NCBI GenBank assembly: GCA_963719145.1
Contig: CAVRAX010000001.1
Coordinates: 1,017,729-1,081,728, forward strand
DNA from: an uncultured Chloroflexia bacterium
Lineage (GTDB): Bacteria; Chloroflexota; Limnocylindria; Limnocylindrales; CSP1-4
DNA length: 64,000 bases
Reading direction: 5' to 3'
The notes beneath the pieces were generated by a model. It was not told the DNA's origin, did not search any database, and saw nothing but the letters and a program-made list of their open reading frames with translations. Below are positions 58,229-64,000 of the stretch, piece after piece (within the stretch, counting starts at the first letter, position 1; every line of letters starts with the position of its first letter). Position numbers and translations under genes: made by a program.

Positions 58229-59368
58229 TCAGAGGCCCGACGGGATCGACGCCTCCAGCAGCTCCCAATCGCCCGGGACGCCCTTCAGCGTGAATGAGCC
58301 GATCGACCGGAAGGTGAAGCCGGTCCCGAACGTCAGGTCCCGAACCGTGCTCGTGACGAGAACCTGACCGGCCCCGGCCTGGGCGGCGACGCGGGCCCCG
58401 ATGTGGACGCCGATCCCGCCGAAGCCGGTGTCCCGGCGCTGGATCTCGCCGGTATGGACCCCGGCCCGGATCCGGAGATCGAGATCCGACAGCGCTCGCT
58501 GCAGGCCGAATGCGCACTGGAGGGCCCGGGTGGGCGTGTCGAAGACCGCCATGATCCCGTCGCCGGTGCTCTCGACGTGGCGGCCCAGCCAGCGCCCGAC
58601 TTCGCCACGGGCGATCTCGTACTGCCGATCGACGAGCTCGCGCCAGGGGCGGTCGCCCATGCTCGCGGCGCGGGCGGTGGAATCGACGATGTCGGTGAAC
58701 AGGACGGTGGCCAGGATGCGGTCGGCGTTCTGGGCGGCCTCGAACGAGCGGATCTGCTCGTCTGTCCAGCTGTACTCCTCGACGTACGGGCTGGTCGGTA
58801 CCTCGAGCTCTCGGCGATACGTCAGCAGCACGACGCCGGTAGCGAATGTCCGCGTGCTGACCAAGGCCAGGTGGCGGGTCGCGATCCGATCGGCGAAGAG
58901 ATGCTTGCCGCTGCCGAGCACGACCGGGAAGACGAGGAGGCGGTACTCGTCGATCAGGTCGTGAGCCAGGAGCGCATTCGTGAGATCGGCGCTGCCGTAC
59001 ATCACCAGGTCGCCGGCCTCGCGGGCCTTGAGCCCCTCGACGTCGGCCGCGGCGTCACCCGAGAGGATCGTCGTGTTCGTCCAGTCGGCCCGACGGAGCG
59101 TCCGCGAGACCACGTACTTCGGGATCTCGTCGAGGCGGGTCTTCAGGAGGCTGGCCGGAGCCGTCGGCCAGAAGGCGGCCCAGAGCTGGTAGGTCTTCCG
59201 GCCGAGGAGGATCGCATCCGCGTCCAGGATCTGCTGCTGGTTCCAGGCCTCGTTCTCGGCGTCCTGGAGCCGCAGCGCCCAGGCGTTGCGACCATCGCGA
59301 TGCTCGTCGTGCCCTGGGGCTTCCATGACCCCGTCGAGGGTGAGGAAGGCGGTCGAGATCAGGCGCAT
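58229..59368 (-). CDS. RibD-C/DHFR-like domain fused to a class III nucleotide cyclase
   Basis: TLDG, LLGRKTY, YGSADL, LIDEY.L.VFPVVLGSGK; then LFTDIVDST, TGDG, GVHTGE, VHIGARV. Confidence 0.88.
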   Translation of the reverse strand: MRLISTAFLTLDGVMEAPGHDEHRDGRNAWALRLQDAENEAWNQQQILDADAILLGRKTYQLWAAFWPTAPASLLKTRLDEIPKYVVSRTLRRADWTNTTILSGDAAADVEGLKAREAGDLVMYGSADLTNALLAHDLIDEYRLLVFPVVLGSGKHLFADRIATRHLALVSTRTFATGVVLLTYRRELEVPTSPYVEEYSWTDEQIRSFEAAQNADRILATVLFTDIVDSTARAASMGDRPWRELVDRQYEIARGEVGRWLGRHVESTGDGIMAVFDTPTRALQCAFGLQRALSDLDLRIRAGVHTGEIQRRDTGFGGIGVHIGARVAAQAGAGQVLVTSTVRDLTFGTGFTFRSIGSFTLKGVPGDWELLEASIPSGL

Positions 59369-59441
59369 TCGGCGAGCCTACTGCCGCGGGCCGCGAGGCG
59401 GGAGGTCGCCGGCTGGCTCGGGACCGGGATCCTCGCCTGGC

Positions 59442-60158
59442 TCACCTCGTCCCGGTGATGAGGCGCTCGCGGTCGAACAGCCGGGACACGAGCCGCCAAC
59501 CGAGGGCGTCGACGACGACGAGCACCGCGAACAGGGCCAGCCCGAGGCCGAGCGTGGCGTGGATGACGTCGAAGGCGATGAGCGAGGTCACCAGGAGCAC
59601 CGGCAGGACGCCGAGGAGGCTGAGCTGCTGGGCGACCCGGAGATCGCTGGCCCGGGTCGAGATCGCGATCCCGACCCAGGTCGTCAGCAGGGCGAGCAGC
59701 GGCGTGGCCAGGACCTGGACGACGACGTCCGGGGTCCGGAGGATCGCCGGCGCGACCTGTGGCTGGGCCAGCGGCACGGCGACGACGAGGAAGACTCCGT
59801 ACACGATGAAGGCGATCGCCACCGACGGCGCCAGCACCGCCAGGGCCTTGGCCACCACCAGCTCCTCGCGGCGGATCGGGGTGGTCAGCACCGGTTCGAG
59901 GCTGCCCTGCTGCCGCTCGCCGGCCACCGCCGTCGCGGCCATCGTCGCCGGCACGAGCACCGGCACGCCGAGCATGTAGAGGAGGAAGTGGTACCTGGCG
60001 AGCTCGCTCGCCGAGGAGGCCGGAACCGAGAGCATGATCGCGAGCGGCTGGATGAGGAAGATGAGCGGGAAGATCGCCATCGCCGCGAGGAGAGAACGGT
60101 TCCGCCGGTACTCCCGGAGCTCCTTGCGGACGATCGCCCGGATCCGCCGCCAGCTCAT
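59442..60158 (-). CDS. ABC-2 type permease
   Basis: IVRKELRE, AGERQQGSLEPVLTTPI; 6 TM. Confidence 0.88.
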   Translation of the reverse strand: MSWRRIRAIVRKELREYRRNRSLLAAMAIFPLIFLIQPLAIMLSVPASSASELARYHFLLYMLGVPVLVPATMAATAVAGERQQGSLEPVLTTPIRREELVVAKALAVLAPSVAIAFIVYGVFLVVAVPLAQPQVAPAILRTPDVVVQVLATPLLALLTTWVGIAISTRASDLRVAQQLSLLGVLPVLLVTSLIAFDVIHATLGLGLALFAVLVVVDALGWRLVSRLFDRERLITGTR

Positions 60159-61147
60159 GCCCGGGGCCCTCGCGCCTCGACGTCCTCGTCGATGAGCTCG
60201 AAGTAGACGTCCTCGAGCGAGTGGCGCGACTCGCCGATCGACAGGACGTCGGCGCCGACGCCGACCAGCGCCCGGGTGGCGGCCGGCGCCGCGACCGCCG
60301 GGTCCGAGACAGCCAGGACATACGTCCCGGGGCCGTCCGCGTGCCAGCCGTCGACGGCGGGGAGCCCGGCCAGGACCCGGTCCGGCTCCGCCAGCGGAGC
60401 GACGGTCCGGATGGTGAGCGTCCTGGTGAAGAGGCGGTCGCGGAGCTCGTCGGGCCGGCCGATCGTGCGGAGCGTCGTGTTGAGGATCGCGACCCGATCG
60501 CAGAGCCGCTCGGCCTCCTCGAGCCGGTGGGTCGTCACGAAGATCGTCACCCCGCGCTCGCGCAGGCCGGCGATCAGCTCGTGGACCTCGCGGGTCGCGA
60601 CCGGGTCGAGCCCCGAGGTCGGCTCGTCGAGGAACAGCACCTCCGCGTCGCTGAGGAGCGCCCGGGCCAGCGCGACCCGCTGGCGGAGCCCCTTGGACAG
60701 CGTCCCGCACGTGTCCCGGGCCCGGTCGACGAGGTTGACCGAAGCGAGGGCCCGATCGATCCGCCCGGCGGGGTCATCGAGCTCGTAGAGATCCGCGAAG
60801 CACTCGAGGTTCTCGAGCACGCTCAGGCGCAGGTACAGCCCCGGCGACTCCGGCATGATCGCGATCCGCCGCCGGATCTCGACGCCGTTTCCCAGCGTCA
60901 GAGGCAACCCCGCGACCGTCGCCGAGCCCGCCGTCGGCTCGATCAACGTTCCGAGGGTCCGGACCGTCGTCGTCTTTCCCGCGCCATTCGGCCCGAGGAA
61001 CCCGAACACCTCGCCGCGCCCGACCTCGAACGACACATCGGCAAATGCATCGCGTTCTCCGAACCGCTTCGACAGGTGCTCGACCTGAAGCGCCGGGCCG
61101 AGGCTGCCGCCGCCGGCCGAGCGCGGCTCCGCGGTTCGTTGGTCCAT
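60155..61147 (-). CDS. ABC transporter ATP-binding protein
   Basis: GPNGAGKT, LSKGLRQR, LFLDEPTSGLD, TTH. Confidence 0.93.
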   Translation of the reverse strand: MDQRTAEPRSAGGGSLGPALQVEHLSKRFGERDAFADVSFEVGRGEVFGFLGPNGAGKTTTVRTLGTLIEPTAGSATVAGLPLTLGNGVEIRRRIAIMPESPGLYLRLSVLENLECFADLYELDDPAGRIDRALASVNLVDRARDTCGTLSKGLRQRVALARALLSDAEVLFLDEPTSGLDPVATREVHELIAGLRERGVTIFVTTHRLEEAERLCDRVAILNTTLRTIGRPDELRDRLFTRTLTIRTVAPLAEPDRVLAGLPAVDGWHADGPGTYVLAVSDPAVAAPAATRALVGVGADVLSIGESRHSLEDVYFELIDEDVEARGPRA

Positions 61148-61235
61148 CCCAAGCATCATCCGACACGAGCCGGAGACGCGTCACCCACGGGCCGACCGGC
61201 CTCCGGGTCATGCGCCGCCGTTTCGATCGCGCCCG

Positions 61236-62534
61236 TCAGACCGACGAGCCGGCGGAAGGCGGCAGCGGCCCCCAGCGGCAAAGCGTGACCGGCTCCGTGA
61301 TGCCGCGGACCACGACGTCGCCGAGGCGCTCGAATCGGCCCCCGTGCTCGGGGCACGCCGCCACGACCGAGTCGCTCACGAGAATCGACCCGGCGGGCGC
61401 GTGGGCGGCGATCCGGGAGGCCATGTTGACGGTCGTCCCGAAGACGTCACCGTCCCGCTCGACGACCGGGCCGGCGTGGATCCCGGCATGCGCTGCGGGC
61501 AGGCCGGCCCGGACCATCAACCGGGAGAGATCCGTCACGGCCTCGATCGCTGCGCATGGCGCGTCAAACAACAGCAGCACGCCGTCACCCAGGAGCTTCA
61601 TCACCCGTCCGCCGCGCCGTCGCACGACCGTGTCGGCCAGCTCGCCGAGCCGTACCGACGACCGGGCGCCCTGCTCGTCCCCACGCTCGAGGGTCATGCG
61701 GGTGTAGCCGCTCATGTCGACGAAGGCGACCGCCGGCGGGTGGGCCGGTCTGGACGGGATGAGGCCGCGCTGCTCGAGGCGACGCTCGATCCGGGCGATG
61801 TTGAGGTCGTTCATCGTCCGTTCCATGTGGCGTTCCAGGAGCCATGCCAGGAGCCTGGGGCTGAGCGGCGAGAGGATCGCCGCCGGGCGAAGGAGCCGGG
61901 CCACGACGTCGTCGAGGGTCGTGAAGTCCGACTCGATCGGCTCGCTGATGCCCTCGGCGAACAGGGCGACCCAGCCCTCGGCGGCCCGTCGCGCCGCATC
62001 GCCGAAGATCCGCGCCGCCCGCAGGGTGTACGCCTCATCGACGGACGACCAGCCCTCGATCAGCTGCTGCAGCACGGCCTCCTCTGCGCCGCGGGTCGGC
62101 GCGTCGGGCGCCGGCGCGGACAGGCCCATCGCCCCGAGGATCGACCCCAGGAGCTCCCCCCGCGGCCCGAGCTCCGCCCCGAACTCGCCGAATGTCCGCC
62201 CGGTCCGAGGGCTCGGGTCCGGGTAGAAGAGGGGCACCGAGTCGAGCGCGATCAGGTGCTCACGGATCGCGGTCCGCATCTGCTCGAGCGAGAAGCCCTC
62301 GGCCTCGTACGCCGCCACGACGCGCGCTCGGATGACATCGCCGCGGTCGAAGCCGCCGTCCGGACCCGGCGCGATCGCGCCGATCTCGATCAGCTGCCGG
62401 ATGCGCTCCGGCGTCGTCTCGGCCTCAGCTGCGAGCTCCTCGAGGTCGAGGCGGGCGGGCAATGGCGCTTCCGGCGGCCCTGGCTGGCCACCGTGCTGGC
62501 GGATGATGTCCGTGACCTCGGGCCCCGTTTGCAT
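61236..62534 (-). CDS. Class III adenylate cyclase with N-terminal HTH-like regulatory domains (Rv1264-like)
   Basis: FVDMSGYT, KLLGDG, DVFGTTVNMASR. Confidence 0.88.
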   Translation of the reverse strand: MQTGPEVTDIIRQHGGQPGPPEAPLPARLDLEELAAEAETTPERIRQLIEIGAIAPGPDGGFDRGDVIRARVVAAYEAEGFSLEQMRTAIREHLIALDSVPLFYPDPSPRTGRTFGEFGAELGPRGELLGSILGAMGLSAPAPDAPTRGAEEAVLQQLIEGWSSVDEAYTLRAARIFGDAARRAAEGWVALFAEGISEPIESDFTTLDDVVARLLRPAAILSPLSPRLLAWLLERHMERTMNDLNIARIERRLEQRGLIPSRPAHPPAVAFVDMSGYTRMTLERGDEQGARSSVRLGELADTVVRRRGGRVMKLLGDGVLLLFDAPCAAIEAVTDLSRLMVRAGLPAAHAGIHAGPVVERDGDVFGTTVNMASRIAAHAPAGSILVSDSVVAACPEHGGRFERLGDVVVRGITEPVTLCRWGPLPPSAGSSV

Positions 62535-62731
62535 CCGCGCATCTTGCCACGGCGCGCGCCGGCCACAACGGCCGATTCTCGCTGGTTCCCGAAGGCCCGG
62601 GGAGACCGAGGGTCAGCGGGCGCGGGCCGCTCAGACGGGTCATCTGGGTTCGCCGCGGCCACGGCGGCCAGGACCGCATCGAAGAGCGTGGTGGTGATCC
62701 GCTCGTACTCGGCCTGCTCGCCCGGGCGCCG

Positions 62732-63187
62732 TCACCCGGCGGGATGCAGCTCGAAGACCGGGTGACGGGCGGCCGCGGCGATCGGGTCGTCCAGGACGGC
62801 CGGGTCGGCGACGGAGAACAGCAGCCGGACGAACGCTCGGCCGAACCACGGGAGCGATCGCACGAACGCGGGCAGCGTCTCGGCGTAGAAGGCGATCGCC
62901 TCGTCGGGCGACAGCTCGGTCGCGGTGATGGCCTCGGTCCGGCCGCCCCGGCGGATCGCGCCGACGCCGGCGGCGCGGAGGTTGCGGACCCACTGGACAT
63001 CGCCGTACGCGGCGATGATCCAGCGCCGGCCCTCGAACTCGGCGATCGCGACCGGCGCCGACCTCGGCAGCCCGGACGTCCGGCCGCGGACGGTGAGCAG
63101 GACGTTCGGGCCCATCGGCAGGCCGAGGCGGAGGAACCGGCGGGTGAGGGGATTTGAGGCTCGGACGAAGGCAGGAGCGGTGGTCAT
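62732..63187 (-). CDS. Deazaflavin-dependent nitroreductase family protein
   Basis: LTVRGRTSGLPR, WVRNLRAAG, HPVFEL. Confidence 0.85.
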   Translation of the reverse strand: MTTAPAFVRASNPLTRRFLRLGLPMGPNVLLTVRGRTSGLPRSAPVAIAEFEGRRWIIAAYGDVQWVRNLRAAGVGAIRRGGRTEAITATELSPDEAIAFYAETLPAFVRSLPWFGRAFVRLLFSVADPAVLDDPIAAAARHPVFELHPAG

Positions 63188-63233
63188 GGGAGTCCTCGGT
63201 CACATCGGCCGCGGTTGCGGCCGTCAATCAAGT

Positions 63234-63260
63234 GACGGACCCTGACCCGAGGACGTGACC
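63234..63260 (-). promoter_or_regulatory. ECF41-type promoter GGTCACG-N16-CGTC
   Basis: Close to the known ECF41 consensus TGTCACA-N16-CGTC and points at the oxidoreductase gene. Confidence 0.65.
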
Positions 63261-63266
63261 GACCAG

Positions 63267-64000
63267 ATGAGCGACGACATGACGGACCAGGCCTGGCTCG
63301 CCGCGCGCTTCGAGGAGCACCGCGCCCACCTGCGCGCCGTGGCCTACCGGATGCTCGGCTCGCTCGCCGAGGCGGAGGACACCGTCCAGGACGCCTGGTT
63401 GCGGGCGAGCCGCGCCGACGCGTCCGTGGTGGACAACCTCGGTGGCTGGTTGACGACGATCGTTGCCCGTCTGTGCCTCGATCGGCTTCGGGCCCGGGCG
63501 GCCGGGCGCGAGGACCTGATGGGCCTGGAGCTGCCCGAGCCGATCGTGACGAGCCTGGAGCCGGCCGCGTCGGGCGGGGTCGGCAGCGCTCGATCGGCGG
63601 ACCCCGAGCGGCAGGCCCTCCTCGCCGACGCCGTCGGAATGGCGATGCTCATCGTCCTCGACCGGCTGCCGCCCCCGGAGCGGATCGCGTTCGTGCTCCA
63701 CGACACCTTCGGGCTGCCGTTCGATGACATCGCCCCGATCGTCGAGCGGACGCCGACCGCGGCGCGGAAGCTCGCGAGCCGGGCGCGCCAGCGGATCCGG
63801 GGCGCCGGCCCGACGTCGTCGGACGTGCCGCTCGCGCGCCAGCGCGAGCTCGTCGACGCGTTCATCGCGGCCTCCCAGGCCGGCGACTTCGAGGCGCTGC
63901 TGCGGATCCTCGACCCGGACGTGGTCGTCCGGGCCGACACGGCCGCCGCGACCGGGCCCTTCGGCGGTGTCCGGGAAGTCCGCGGCGCCCCGGCCGTCGC
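63267..64000 (+). CDS. ECF41/SigJ-like sigma factor (partial, runs off window)
   Basis: Hand translation: FEEHRAHLRAVAYRMLGSLAEAEDTVQDAWLR...LPEP...LHDTFGLPF...DPDVVVRAD. Confidence 0.9.
   Translation, partial: MSDDMTDQAWLAARFEEHRAHLRAVAYRMLGSLAEAEDTVQDAWLRASRADASVVDNLGGWLTTIVARLCLDRLRARAAGREDLMGLELPEPIVTSLEPAASGGVGSARSADPERQALLADAVGMAMLIVLDRLPPPERIAFVLHDTFGLPFDDIAPIVERTPTAARKLASRARQRIRGAGPTSSDVPLARQRELVDAFIAASQAGDFEALLRILDPDVVVRADTAAATGPFGGVREVRGAPAV

Noticed and set aside
62630-62730. Protein-like fragment EQAEYERITTTLFDAVLAAV on the minus strand
   Set aside because: Too short to assign; may be a remnant.
1-64000. Prophage, IS elements, tRNA, rRNA
   Set aside because: No integrase, transposase, phage structural genes or tRNA/rRNA signatures recognised.

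Overview
Very GC-rich bacterial window. The gene repertoire and style suggest Chloroflexota (Limnocylindria-like) or an actinobacterium-like organism; this is inference only. Most listed long ORFs are antisense shadows. About 70 plausible CDS are present, with no rRNA, tRNA, CRISPR array or transposase recognised. Ordinary content: two RhlE-type DEAD-box helicases, YbaK, a DUF2089/DUF4097 envelope-stress operon, a complete mannose-family PTS sugar cluster with SorC regulator, dehydrogenase and aldolase, an LCP protein, two ECF sigma factors, two ArsR-SRPBCC operons, vapBC, an ABC exporter, four class III nucleotide cyclases and several gene remnants. Best leads: (1) a candidate RRNPP/NprR-like peptide quorum-sensing cassette at 55.4-58.2 kb, with a 40-aa secreted pre-peptide (mature DGGGTPIAH) divergent from an XRE gene and an XRE-TPR receptor across overlapping promoters, followed by an EAL protein; (2) a ubiquitin/MoaD-like protein ending LVGG paired with a DUF4132 protein; (3) GreA fused to a GIY-YIG-like domain; (4) a RibD/DHFR-like domain fused to a nucleotide cyclase; (5) an unassigned structured intergenic RNA candidate at 11.3-11.55 kb. 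Family names come from motif recognition, not database searches.
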